Of a stretch of 64,000 bases of DNA, positions 36,100 to 46,600 are shown piece after piece. Both the position numbers and the translations under genes were made by a program. Positions within the stretch are counted from its first letter, which is position 1, and every line of letters begins with the position of its first letter. Under the pieces are notes generated by a model that did no database searches, was not told the DNA's origin, and saw nothing but the letters and a program-made list of their open reading frames with translations. Source of the stretch: Candidatus Marinacidobacterales bacterium (GTDB taxonomy: Bacteria > Acidobacteriota > Vicinamibacteria > Marinacidobacterales > DATDRI01). Where the stretch lies: NCBI GenBank assembly GCA_965226495.1, contig OZ245365.1, positions 864,001-928,000 of the forward strand, read 5' to 3'.

Positions 36100-36150
36100 A
36101 GGATAGCGCCGAAGTCCTTATATGTCAATACATGTGTATTGACATATAAG
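36100..36150 (-). promoter_or_regulatory. Sigma70 promoter with perfect palindromic operator
   Basis: TTGACA-17 bp-TATCCT ends 6 nt before ATG 36093. Perfect 16-bp inverted repeat CTTATATGTCAATACA-TG-TGTATTGACATATAAG (36117-36150) covers the -35. Confidence 0.85.
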
Positions 36151-36290
36151 TTCCCTAGAGTCACAGGATCCCGCTGCCGGCCACGGTGAGAAAACGTTGG
36201 CGAACGCGTAAGCGTCCGTGCTCCTGGCTTGAGCATTCTCGATGCTCAGGGACGCACCGCTCGTCATCTGTGTCTAAGGGCGAAAAGCTT

Positions 36291-36344
36291 ACCTCTCCCC
36301 CTTGGGGGAGAGGTCGACGGCGTTTGCGCCGTCGGGTGAGGGGG
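36291..36344. repeat. REP-like palindromic element
   Basis: ACCTCTCCCCC-TT-GGGGGAGAGGT hairpin, CGACGGCG-TTTG-CGCCGTCG hairpin, then GGTGAGGGGG. Confidence 0.65.
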
Positions 36345-36398
36345 AAGTCGGTGCTTGTACGACCGCGGTGCGAACGAGCGGCATCGCGAAGCTGCCAT

Positions 36399-37100
36399 TC
36401 ATCTGTCTGCACTGGACTGCTCCCGCTTTTCCTGTTCCAGCTTGCGCTTGACGAGAAGAGGGATTAGCGCAGCCACCGCCGCGAGCAGGCTAATCGGCGG
36501 AAGGCCTCCGTGCCACCCCGATGGCGCCAACCAGCCTTTCACGCCGAGGAACACGAGGTGAACGAGCACGAGAGCTAGAGCGAGGTAGCCCACACGCTGG
36601 GTTCGCTTCCAGCGCTTGCCTCCAAGCTCTCTCGGCATCATCGGAAGCGTGGAGATCGCCGGCGACAGGAGAAAGAACAGAGCGAGGACACCCACCGACA
36701 TCGCCAGCTCGCCGTCGAGATTCAAGCCGCCATCGGAGTCGAAATACTTGGCGTAGTACGCCGGTCGCAAGAGCGCGAGCGAAAAAAAAGCGTGCACCCC
36801 GGCCATGAAGAAACCGGTCAAACCGCAGAATTTGATCACCACCAGGCGCAGCGCCTTGTCGTGATCGTGCCAGTGGATGATCTTGCCGATGAGATACGAG
36901 CACGCGACGAACACCACCGCCGCCAAGGATGTCGCCTTGTTGAGGATGAAGAGCGGGAGGTGCCGCCAAGCAACGTCCCCGGCGAGGTGATAACGGACGA
37001 TCGCGTAGGCGAGCGAAGCTCCAAACACGACGGCAAACCACTTCCCTGTGGTGGGTTGCCACAGCCGATCGGGCGGCAGATCCGAATGCGCATCACTCAT
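36399..37100 (-). CDS. Ferric reductase-like transmembrane protein (MsrQ/STEAP-like)
   Basis: About six TM helices with His in GVHAFFS and LVHLV; WKRTQRVGY motif. Confidence 0.65.
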   Translation of the reverse strand: MSDAHSDLPPDRLWQPTTGKWFAVVFGASLAYAIVRYHLAGDVAWRHLPLFILNKATSLAAVVFVACSYLIGKIIHWHDHDKALRLVVIKFCGLTGFFMAGVHAFFSLALLRPAYYAKYFDSDGGLNLDGELAMSVGVLALFFLLSPAISTLPMMPRELGGKRWKRTQRVGYLALALVLVHLVFLGVKGWLAPSGWHGGLPPISLLAAVAALIPLLVKRKLEQEKREQSSADR

Positions 37101-37307
37101 CTCGCGTGCCTCCTAGGGGTCTTTGGTCCCCGTTTGATGGGCGGTTCGGCCGCAAGCGATTTGCATGTGCTCCCCCAACTGGCCCAACGCGGCCTTCGGT
37201 ACCCACGTGTGGGGGAAGAGCACGTTCTCACGCTCTTGTGGGTCTGTAAGCAGGTTGTAGAGTCGCGGCATTCCGTACTCGCGCGTTTCGCTAAAGACGT
37301 GATGCAA
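37097..37307 (-). pseudogene. C-terminal remnant, probably of an arylsulfatase
   Basis: PRLYNLLTDPQEREN resembles the sulfatase C-terminal motif. Frame disruptions; no N-terminal part. Confidence 0.45.
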
Positions 37308-37412
37308 CGGTTCCGGCGATCAGGCAACCTCGCGCGCGAGCCGGCGCAGCTCTACTTGTAAAGTATTGCAGATAAGTCGCTTACGAGTCAGCCTCACCCT
37401 CCAATTAATGCT

Positions 37413-37467
37413 TTGACATCCATCGAACATTTAGACTATGATATATCCGACCAAACTGGTCGTATAT
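37413..37467 (+). promoter_or_regulatory. suf promoter and IscR-type (Rrf2) operator
   Basis: TTGACA (37413)-18 bp-TATGAT (37437), followed by palindrome ATATCCGACCAAACTGGTCGTATAT (37443-37467) resembling the IscR type-1 box. Confidence 0.8.
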
Positions 37468-37474
37468 AGTAATC

Positions 37475-37966
37475 ATGCTGAGACTCTCCAAGAAAGTGGA
37501 CTACGGGCTGATGGCACTCATGCATCTGGCTCGATATGACGATGCCTCGTCCTGGAGTGCTCGCAAGATGGCGGAAACCTACGACATCCCGGGGGGGCTT
37601 CTGGCGAAGGTTCTTCAAAAGCTGGCACAAGATGGCTTCGTCGCATCCCAACATGGCCAGAAGGGCGGCTATACACTCGCACGTCCCGCCAGCCAGATCA
37701 GCGTGGCGGAGATCGTGCGAGCGATCGATGGGACGCTGTCCTTGACCGAATGTTCGTCGGTCGATGGGAACTGCCTGCAATTCGAGAACTGCAATGTGAA
37801 GAGCCCTCTACAAAGACTCCACGATCGCGTCGTCGGGATGTTGTCCACTCTGACCATCGCTCAGATGGTCGCGCAAGAGTCCGAGATTCGCCCAGCCGGC
37901 AATCCTGAAAGTCCTGACGTTCCTGACGTTCCTGACGTTATTGATGAGCTGCCGGTCCTCCAATAG
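37475..37966 (+). CDS. Rrf2 family (IscR/SufR-like) regulator
   Basis: LSKKVDYGL and GQKGGYTLARPA motifs; three Cys (C-x6-C-x5-C); heads the suf operon. Confidence 0.9.
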   Translation: MLRLSKKVDYGLMALMHLARYDDASSWSARKMAETYDIPGGLLAKVLQKLAQDGFVASQHGQKGGYTLARPASQISVAEIVRAIDGTLSLTECSSVDGNCLQFENCNVKSPLQRLHDRVVGMLSTLTIAQMVAQESEIRPAGNPESPDVPDVPDVIDELPVLQ

Positions 37967-38019
37967 GAAATTCGGACCGAAGTGAATCGGTCCAGAAGAA
38001 CTCGACAAGGGGAGTATAG

Positions 38020-39465
<1,446 letters not shown>

Positions 39466-39470
39466 AAGCG

Positions 39471-40265
39471 ATGGCAAAGGGAAAATCAGCGATGCTCGAA
39501 ATCAACGATCTTCACGCCAAGGCCGGCTGTGTGGAGATTCTGAAGGGAATCAACCTCAAGGTAAATGCCGGCGAGGTGCACGCCATCATGGGGCCCAATG
39601 GTTCCGGCAAGAGCACCTTGTCTCAAGTACTTGCGGGAAGAGAGACGTACGTTGTTACCCGGGGAGAGGTGTTGTATCGAGGAGAGAACTTGCTGGAAAT
39701 GCCTCCCGAGGTCCGTGCCTGTGAAGGCATCTTTCTGGCTTTTCAATACCCGGTGGAGATTCCCGGCGTCAACAATACCTATTTCTTGAAGGCGGCGGCC
39801 AACGCGATCCGGAAGCATCGCGGCGAAGAAGAGCTCGACGCCATGGACTTCCTGGCCTTGGTTCGCAAGAAGATGAAGCTGGTGGAAATGGATGAAGGGC
39901 TCATCAACCGTCCCGTCAACGAAGGATTCTCCGGCGGCGAGAAGAAGCGAAACGAAGTGTTTCAACTTGCGGTCCTGGAGCCGGCGCTTGCTATCCTCGA
40001 CGAGACGGACTCCGGGCTCGATATCGACGCTCTGAAGGTCGTGGCCAATGGCGTCAACACGCTTCGCAGCGAAGAGCGCGCCTTTGTCGTGATCACGCAC
40101 TATCAGAGACTGCTGAATTACATCGTGCCCGATTTCGTTCACGTGATAGATGACGGACGCATCGTGCGCTCGGGAGGCAAAGAGTTGGCCCTCGAGCTCG
40201 AGGAGAAGGGGTACGGTTGGATCGAGAAGGTACCGGCGCCGAGTCAGACCGCCGAGGCTGTTTGA
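39471..40265 (+). CDS. sufC: Fe-S cluster assembly ATPase SufC
   Basis: GPNGSGKST, FQYPVEIPGV, FSGGEKKRNE and DETDSGLDID motifs. Confidence 0.97.
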   Translation: MAKGKSAMLEINDLHAKAGCVEILKGINLKVNAGEVHAIMGPNGSGKSTLSQVLAGRETYVVTRGEVLYRGENLLEMPPEVRACEGIFLAFQYPVEIPGVNNTYFLKAAANAIRKHRGEEELDAMDFLALVRKKMKLVEMDEGLINRPVNEGFSGGEKKRNEVFQLAVLEPALAILDETDSGLDIDALKVVANGVNTLRSEERAFVVITHYQRLLNYIVPDFVHVIDDGRIVRSGGKELALELEEKGYGWIEKVPAPSQTAEAV

Positions 40266-40279
40266 GCCGTCATGCCACC

Positions 40280-41638
40280 ATGCCTCCCATGTTAGAAGCG
40301 ACCAAGCAACTGGGAAATTACCTCGAGGAGTTTTCGCGCTTCGAGAAGGCCCTCGGGGGCAAGCCATCCTGGGTTCATTCTCTGCGGCAGGCAGCCATGC
40401 AACGCTTCGCGGAGCGCGGCTTCCCGACCACCCACGATGAAGAATGGCGTTTCACGAGCGTCGCCCCGATCACGCGCAACGCGTTCGAGCTCGCCACGCC
40501 CACAACTGTTTCACCCGATGCCCCTGCCCATATCGCCCGACTCGGTCTCGGCGAGTGGAACCGGAGCGAGCTGGTCTTCGTTAACGGATGGTTTTCGCCG
40601 GCGCTCTCGTCCATACGTTCTTTACCCCAAGGAGCGTTTGTGGGGAGCCTGAGTGAAGCCTTGGAGACGAAACGCGACCTCGTCGAACCGCACCTAGCAG
40701 GCTATGCTGACTACCGAGAGAATAGCTTCGCCGCATTGAATACAGCTTTCCTCGGGGATGGAGCCTTCGTTTTCTTGCCCAAGGGAGGAGTCGTCGAGGA
40801 ACCCATTCACCTCGTGTTCCTCTCTGCTCCTGGCGATACGGCCACGGTCTCGCACCCGCATAACCTTATTGTTGCGGAGTCGGGAAGCCAGGCAAGGATT
40901 GTGGAAAGCTACGCGGGGACGGACGGGATCGGCTATTTCACCAATGCGACCACCGAGGTTGTGGCCGGGGAAAGCGCCAACCTCGATCACTACAAGCTCC
41001 AACGCGAAAGCGCTCAGGCGTTCCACGTCGCCACGCTTCATTTTCAGCTCGAGCGGAGCGCGACGGTTTCTACTCACTCGATCTCGTTAGGTGGTGGGCT
41101 CGTTCGGAACGACATCAACGCCGTCTTGGACGGGGAGGGCGGCGATCTTACGCTAAACGGGCTCTATGTCGTGGGAGGCGAACAGCATGTCGACCACCAT
41201 ACGGTGATCGACCATGCTAAGCCGCACTGTACGAGCCGGGAGCTCTACAAAGGGATCTTGAACGAGCGTGCTCAAGCCGTCTTCAACGGCCGGGTCATCG
41301 TGCGTCCCGACGCCCAGAAGACCGATGCCCAGCAAACCAACAAGAACCTCCTGCTTTCGGACGAGGCCTTGGTAAATACTATCCCCCAGCTCGAGATCAA
41401 CGCCGACGACGTGAAGTGCGCGCACGGCGCGACCATTGGTCAGCTAGACGCCGACGTTCTCTTCTACCTTCGTTCTCGCGGGATCGACATCGAAACCGCC
41501 CGGCATCTCCTGACCTTCGGGTTCATGAGTGACATCAACTCCAGGATCAAGGTCGATGCGATTCGGTCGGAGCTCGAAAGGACATTGTTCGCCGGTTTGC
41601 CCGCACCAGTGAATGTGAGCGACGGGACACCCCGATGA
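40280..41638 (+). CDS. sufD: Fe-S cluster assembly protein SufD
   Basis: EEWRFT, FAALN, AQKTDA and PQLEINADDVKCAHGAT motifs. Start at 40280 or 40289. Confidence 0.95.
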   Translation: MPPMLEATKQLGNYLEEFSRFEKALGGKPSWVHSLRQAAMQRFAERGFPTTHDEEWRFTSVAPITRNAFELATPTTVSPDAPAHIARLGLGEWNRSELVFVNGWFSPALSSIRSLPQGAFVGSLSEALETKRDLVEPHLAGYADYRENSFAALNTAFLGDGAFVFLPKGGVVEEPIHLVFLSAPGDTATVSHPHNLIVAESGSQARIVESYAGTDGIGYFTNATTEVVAGESANLDHYKLQRESAQAFHVATLHFQLERSATVSTHSISLGGGLVRNDINAVLDGEGGDLTLNGLYVVGGEQHVDHHTVIDHAKPHCTSRELYKGILNERAQAVFNGRVIVRPDAQKTDAQQTNKNLLLSDEALVNTIPQLEINADDVKCAHGATIGQLDADVLFYLRSRGIDIETARHLLTFGFMSDINSRIKVDAIRSELERTLFAGLPAPVNVSDGTPR

Positions 41639-41645
41639 GCGCCCG

Positions 41646-42914
41646 ATGAGTGTTGGCAGCAAGCCTTCGGCTACTCCACCGGTCGCAGCGAAGAAGCCGT
41701 ACGACGTCTACCGGCTCCGAGAAGACTTCCCCATTCTGAAGCAAAAAGTTCGAGGCAAGCCTCTCGTCTACCTAGACAATGCGGCTAGCTCGCAGAAGCC
41801 GAGGAAAGTGATCGATGCTATCTCGCGCTTTTACTCCGAAGATTATTCCAACATCCATCGCGGCGTCCACGAGCTGAGCCAGCGGGCCACCAAAGGCTAC
41901 GAAGACGCTCGGCTCAAGGTGCAGCGTTTCATCAAGGCGGCCAGCGAGCGGGAGATCATCTTCGTACGCGGCACCACCGAGGCCATCAACCTGGTAGCCG
42001 AAACCTATGGACGGGCTCAGGTAGGTGCTGGCGACGAAGTCTTGATCACGACCATGGAGCATCATTCCAACATCGTTCCATGGCAGATGCTTTGCGAGGA
42101 AAAAGGCGCTTACCTGAGAGTCGCCCCTATTAATGACCGGGGCGAAGTGATCCTGGACGAGCTCGAAAAACTCCTTAGCCCGAAGACCAAATTGGTGGCC
42201 TTGGCCCATGTTTCGAACGCGCTCGGCACCATCAACCCCGTGCGGGAGATTATTCGCATGGCGCACGCGGGTGACATTCCAGTCCTCCTCGATGCAGCGC
42301 AGGCCGTACCGCACATGGCCGTCGATGTGCAGGAGCTGGACGTCGACTTCTACGCCTTCTCGAGCCATAAGATGTTCGGCCCATCGGGGGTCGGTGTTCT
42401 CTATGGCAAGGAAGCGCTCCTCGAGGCGATGCCGCCCTACCAGGGTGGGGGAGATATGATCAGCTCGGTCACCTTCGAGAAGACGACCTACAACCAGCTT
42501 CCCTACAAATTCGAGGCAGGAACGCCGAACATTGCCGACGTGGTGGGACTGGGCGCCGCCATCGACTACGTCGAAGAGATCGGGATGGATGCCATGGAAG
42601 TTTACGAACAGGAGCTACTGGAGTACGGAACTCAAGCGCTCTCGAAGATTTCGGGGCTCACCATCATCGGCCAGGCGAAGGAAAAGGCGTCGGTTCTTTC
42701 TTTCGCCTTGGAGGGGATCCACCCCCACGACGTCGGCACGGTCTTGGATCAGGGCGGTATCGCGGTTCGAACCGGACACCACTGCGCACAGCCGGTAATG
42801 GACCGATTCGGACTCCCCGCCACCGCCCGCGCCTCGCTCGCGCTCTATAATACGAAGGAAGAGATCGATATCTTGGTCGAAGGAATTCATAAGGTCATCG
42901 AGGTGTTTCGTTGA
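41646..42914 (+). CDS. sufS: Cysteine desulfurase SufS
   Basis: YLDNAASSQKP, EHHSN, SSHKMFGP and RTGHHCAQP motifs. Confidence 0.97.
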   Translation: MSVGSKPSATPPVAAKKPYDVYRLREDFPILKQKVRGKPLVYLDNAASSQKPRKVIDAISRFYSEDYSNIHRGVHELSQRATKGYEDARLKVQRFIKAASEREIIFVRGTTEAINLVAETYGRAQVGAGDEVLITTMEHHSNIVPWQMLCEEKGAYLRVAPINDRGEVILDELEKLLSPKTKLVALAHVSNALGTINPVREIIRMAHAGDIPVLLDAAQAVPHMAVDVQELDVDFYAFSSHKMFGPSGVGVLYGKEALLEAMPPYQGGGDMISSVTFEKTTYNQLPYKFEAGTPNIADVVGLGAAIDYVEEIGMDAMEVYEQELLEYGTQALSKISGLTIIGQAKEKASVLSFALEGIHPHDVGTVLDQGGIAVRTGHHCAQPVMDRFGLPATARASLALYNTKEEIDILVEGIHKVIEVFR

Positions 42915-43366
42915 TGGAGGGACTGCGCGAGCTTTATCAAGAAGTCATCCTGGACCATAGCAAAAAACCCCGCAATTTCCGCGAAATCGAAAACGCCAGG
43001 CATCAGGCCAAGGGGCACAATCCCTTGTGCGGAGACAAGGTCACCGTCTTCATCACCGTGGAAGACGGCAAGATCCAAGACCTCGGTTTTCAAGGAGCAG
43101 GCTGCGCGATCTCGACGGCGTCGGCGTCGCTGATGACCGAGAGTCTGAAAGGGAAGACCCTGGAAGACGCGGAGGCGCTTTTCGGACAGTTTCACGGTCT
43201 GGTGACCGGCAAGCTCGAGCCGGGAGGCGGAACCGAAGGTCTCGGTAAACTTACGGTCTTCGCCGGCGTCCAAGAGTTTCCGATTCGCGTGAAGTGCGCC
43301 ACACTGGCGTGGCATACGTTGCGGGCCGCGTTGGACAAGACCGACGAGGCTGTATCCACAGAGTAG
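42914..43366 (+). CDS. sufU: SufU (NifU-like) sulfur transfer protein
   Basis: LYQEVILDH, NPLCGD, GCAISTAS and RVKCATLAWH motifs; TGATG coupling to sufS. Confidence 0.95.
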   Translation: MEGLRELYQEVILDHSKKPRNFREIENARHQAKGHNPLCGDKVTVFITVEDGKIQDLGFQGAGCAISTASASLMTESLKGKTLEDAEALFGQFHGLVTGKLEPGGGTEGLGKLTVFAGVQEFPIRVKCATLAWHTLRAALDKTDEAVSTE

Positions 43367-43380
43367 GGGGAGTAGAAAGA

Positions 43381-43800
43381 ATGACGGAAACGAACGAACC
43401 CAAGGTGACCGGCAGCCCTGACAGTAACGACGGGCCTGACAGTAACGACAGTAACGACAGCGCCGAGAAAAACACCACCAACGAGGCCGGGGTCTCGAAG
43501 GATCTCAAGAGCAAGGTGGTCGAGGTGCTCGAGACGTGTTTCGATCCCGAGATCCCCGTCAATATTTACGAGCTGGGACTCATTTACGACATCGACATCG
43601 ACGACGCGGGCTCGGTCGCGATCCAGATGACCTTGACCTCGCCGGCCTGCCCGGTGGCCGGGTCGCTTCCGCCGGAAGTAGAGAACAAGGTTAAAAATGT
43701 CGAAGGGGTCAGCGCGGCCAAGGTGGAGGTTATCTGGGAGCCTCCCTGGACACCGGAAAAAATGACTGAGGCCGCTCGGTTACAGCTCGGGATGTTCTGA
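43381..43800 (+). CDS. sufT: DUF59 / SufT Fe-S maturation protein
   Basis: DPEIPVNIYELGLIY, MTLTSPACP and WEPPWT motifs. Confidence 0.9.
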   Translation: MTETNEPKVTGSPDSNDGPDSNDSNDSAEKNTTNEAGVSKDLKSKVVEVLETCFDPEIPVNIYELGLIYDIDIDDAGSVAIQMTLTSPACPVAGSLPPEVENKVKNVEGVSAAKVEVIWEPPWTPEKMTEAARLQLGMF

Positions 43801-43881
43801 ACCCGCCCGACGTTTTCCCGCCCGGCCACCTCGCATCGATTCCATCGCAGTGTTGCCGCTAGAGAATCTCGGTCGAGTTGA

Positions 43882-44421
43882 ATGGTAAACATCAAGAGCG
43901 CACAACAAGCTAGCTGGCCCGAGGAGCTTTTTGCGGTGCTACAGGACATGGCGATTCGCCAGGCGGTATATGTACCGGATGCGGGCCATACGCGCTTGAT
44001 CGAGCTTTGTCATGCCGACGAGCACATCAAAGCCATTCCCCTGACCACAGAAGAGGAAGGCATCGCTTTGCTCGCGGGCGCCTGGCTTGGCGGCGAGCGC
44101 GGCGTATTGCTGACGCAATCGAGTGGCGTCGGTAACTGCATCAACATGCTGGCGATGGTCCAGGAGTGTCGCTTTCCCTTACTCATGCTAGTGACCATGC
44201 GCGGTGAGTGGGGAGAGTTCAATCCATGGCAGGTACCGATGGGACAAGCGGCCCGACGCTTACTTCAGGAGGTCGGCGTAATCGTCCATCATGTGGACGT
44301 GGCCGAGCGGCTGGCTGAGACAGTCGAGGCTGCGGCGCGATTGGCTTTCAACGCCAACCACGCAGTAGCCGTTTTGGTTTCACAACGGATCGTTGGTTTC
44401 AAAAATTGGGAATGTAAGTAG
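43882..44421 (+). CDS. comD: Sulfopyruvate/phosphonopyruvate decarboxylase alpha subunit (ComD-like)
   Basis: YVPDAG, TTEEEG, QSSGVGN and MRGEWGEFNPWQVPMG motifs. Confidence 0.78.
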   Translation: MVNIKSAQQASWPEELFAVLQDMAIRQAVYVPDAGHTRLIELCHADEHIKAIPLTTEEEGIALLAGAWLGGERGVLLTQSSGVGNCINMLAMVQECRFPLLMLVTMRGEWGEFNPWQVPMGQAARRLLQEVGVIVHHVDVAERLAETVEAAARLAFNANHAVAVLVSQRIVGFKNWECK

Positions 44422-44465
44422 CCCATCTTCGTCGATATCCAGCACGATGCCGGACTCTTCCAGCC

Positions 44466-45065
44466 ATGACACGTAGCAAGGAAATTACACTTGACCGCCA
44501 CGAGGTGGTCCCACGGATTCTTGAGGATCGCGGTGATGCCTTACTCATCGCAGGTCTTGGGAGTACGGCATGGGACGCGGCAGCCGCAGGCGACCACCCC
44601 GATAACTTCTACCTGTGGGGCGCAATGGGCGGTGCGGCCATGATCGGCCTTGGGCTTGCGCTGGCGCAACCGAATCGACGCGTGCTCGTGATCACCGGGG
44701 ATGGCGAGTTACTTATGGGGCTCGGCGGGCTCGCGACTATCGCCGTGCAACGGCCGCAAAACCTGTCGGTGGTTGTTATCGACAACGAGCGCTACGGCGA
44801 GACCGGCATGCAGGACTCACACACCCGCTTCGGCGTTGATCTGGCAGGCATCGCTAGCGCTGCAGGTTTCGTGCACAGCGCGACGGTGTACGATCAAGGC
44901 GAGCTTGACGCCCTCGTTCCGACGCTTTACAGCGGCGATGGCCCAACTTTTGCCGCCATCAAGGTCAAAGCCGTATCACCGCCTACGGTGCTGCCGGCAC
45001 GCGATGGTGCGTATCTTAAGAATCGTTTCCGCGAGGCCGTACTTGGCGGGCAAGCGAATGAGTAA
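44466..45065 (+). CDS. comE: Sulfopyruvate/phosphonopyruvate decarboxylase beta subunit (ComE-like)
   Basis: FYLWGAMG, GLGLALAQP and ThDP motif GDGE...DNERYGETG.Q. Confidence 0.78.
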   Translation: MTRSKEITLDRHEVVPRILEDRGDALLIAGLGSTAWDAAAAGDHPDNFYLWGAMGGAAMIGLGLALAQPNRRVLVITGDGELLMGLGGLATIAVQRPQNLSVVVIDNERYGETGMQDSHTRFGVDLAGIASAAGFVHSATVYDQGELDALVPTLYSGDGPTFAAIKVKAVSPPTVLPARDGAYLKNRFREAVLGGQANE

Positions 45066-45100
45066 AGGTGGTCGAATCTACAAGTTTCATGGAGGGGTGT

Positions 45101-46600
45101 ATGAACACGGCACGGCAACCGCTTGAAACGTACAAGATGTACATCGACGGGAAGTGGGTGGAGTCTGCTTCCGGCGACTACTTTGAGAGCGAGAACCCGT
45201 ACACGGGTCGTCCGTGGGCGCGAATTCCGAAAGGCAATGCCGAGGATGTCGACCGCGCCGTGCAGGCCGCCCACAAGGCTTTCACAACCGGCAAGTGGCC
45301 GAAGCTGACGGCGACCGAGCGCGGCGCACTGCTGCGCAAGCTTGGCGACGCCCTCGCCGAACATGCGGAGCAGCTTGCGGAGATCGAGGTGCGCGACAAC
45401 GGCAAGCTGATCGCCGAGATGGGTGCGCAGCTCAAATACGCACCCCAGTGGTATTACTACTATGGCGGCCTAGCCGACAAGATCGAGGGGGCGGTTATAC
45501 CCATCGATAAGCCCGGGAATTTCAACTATACGCGCTACGAGCCGCTGGGTGTGATAGGCGCGATCGTTCCGTGGAACTCGCCACTGCTACTCACGACCTG
45601 GAAGCTTGCCCCGGCACTCGCGGCGGGCAACACCGTCGTGATCAAGCCGTCCGAGTACACCTCGGCCTCCACGCTCGAGTTTGTGAAGCTGCTCGAGCAA
45701 GCGGGGTTGCCGCCCGGTGTGGTGAACGTGGTTACGGGTTTCGGTCCGGATGTGGGTACCCCACTGGTTGAGCACCCACTCGTGCGCAAGGTGGCCTTTA
45801 CCGGATCCGACAAGACCGGGCAGCTGATCTATGAAACGGCGGCGCGCGGACTCAAGCGCGTAAGCCTCGAGCTTGGTGGCAAATCTCCCAATATCGTGTT
45901 CGACGACGCCGACATAGACAATGCGGTGAAAGGTGTCATATCGGGGATCTTCGCCGCCACCGGCCAAACCTGCATTGCCGGATCGAGGCTGCTTGTGCAA
46001 CAAAGCATCCACGATGAGTTTGTCGATAAGTTGCTCGGTTTCGCTAAGACTGCGAAGATGGGCGATCCGATGAGCCTCGACACCCAGGTCGGACCGGTCA
46101 CGAACAAGCCGCAGTACCAAAAAGTGCTCGACTACATCGACATCGCCAAAAGCGAGGGAGTGGAAACCTTGCTTGGGGGGGGCAAGGCAACGCGTCCCGA
46201 GTGCGGCGATGGCTGGTTTGTCGAGCCGACGATCTTTACGCACGTAAAAAACTCGATGCGCATCGCCCAGGAAGAAGTGTTCGGTCCGGTCCTTTCTGTC
46301 ATACCATTCAAAGACGAAGACGAAGCAGTCGCGGTCGGTAATGACATCGTCTTCGGTCTCGCCGCTGGAGTGTGGACGCAGAGCATTCGTCGTGCCATCA
46401 CGATGGCGGAACGTTTGCAGGCAGGCACCGTATGGGTGAACACCTACCGCGCGGTGAGTTTCATGTCGCCCTTCGGCGGATACAAGCGCAGCGGGCTCGG
46501 GCGCGAAAACGGCCAGGAAATGATCAAGGAGTACATGCAGATCAAGAGTGTGTGGATCTCTACCTCGACCGAGGTTCCGAATCCGTTTGTTATTCGTTAG
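45101..46600 (+). CDS. Aldehyde dehydrogenase
   Basis: PWNSP, FTGS, LELGGKSP, GQTCIAG and EEVFGPV motifs; RBS GGAGG. Confidence 0.93.
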   Translation: MNTARQPLETYKMYIDGKWVESASGDYFESENPYTGRPWARIPKGNAEDVDRAVQAAHKAFTTGKWPKLTATERGALLRKLGDALAEHAEQLAEIEVRDNGKLIAEMGAQLKYAPQWYYYYGGLADKIEGAVIPIDKPGNFNYTRYEPLGVIGAIVPWNSPLLLTTWKLAPALAAGNTVVIKPSEYTSASTLEFVKLLEQAGLPPGVVNVVTGFGPDVGTPLVEHPLVRKVAFTGSDKTGQLIYETAARGLKRVSLELGGKSPNIVFDDADIDNAVKGVISGIFAATGQTCIAGSRLLVQQSIHDEFVDKLLGFAKTAKMGDPMSLDTQVGPVTNKPQYQKVLDYIDIAKSEGVETLLGGGKATRPECGDGWFVEPTIFTHVKNSMRIAQEEVFGPVLSVIPFKDEDEAVAVGNDIVFGLAAGVWTQSIRRAITMAERLQAGTVWVNTYRAVSFMSPFGGYKRSGLGRENGQEMIKEYMQIKSVWISTSTEVPNPFVIR

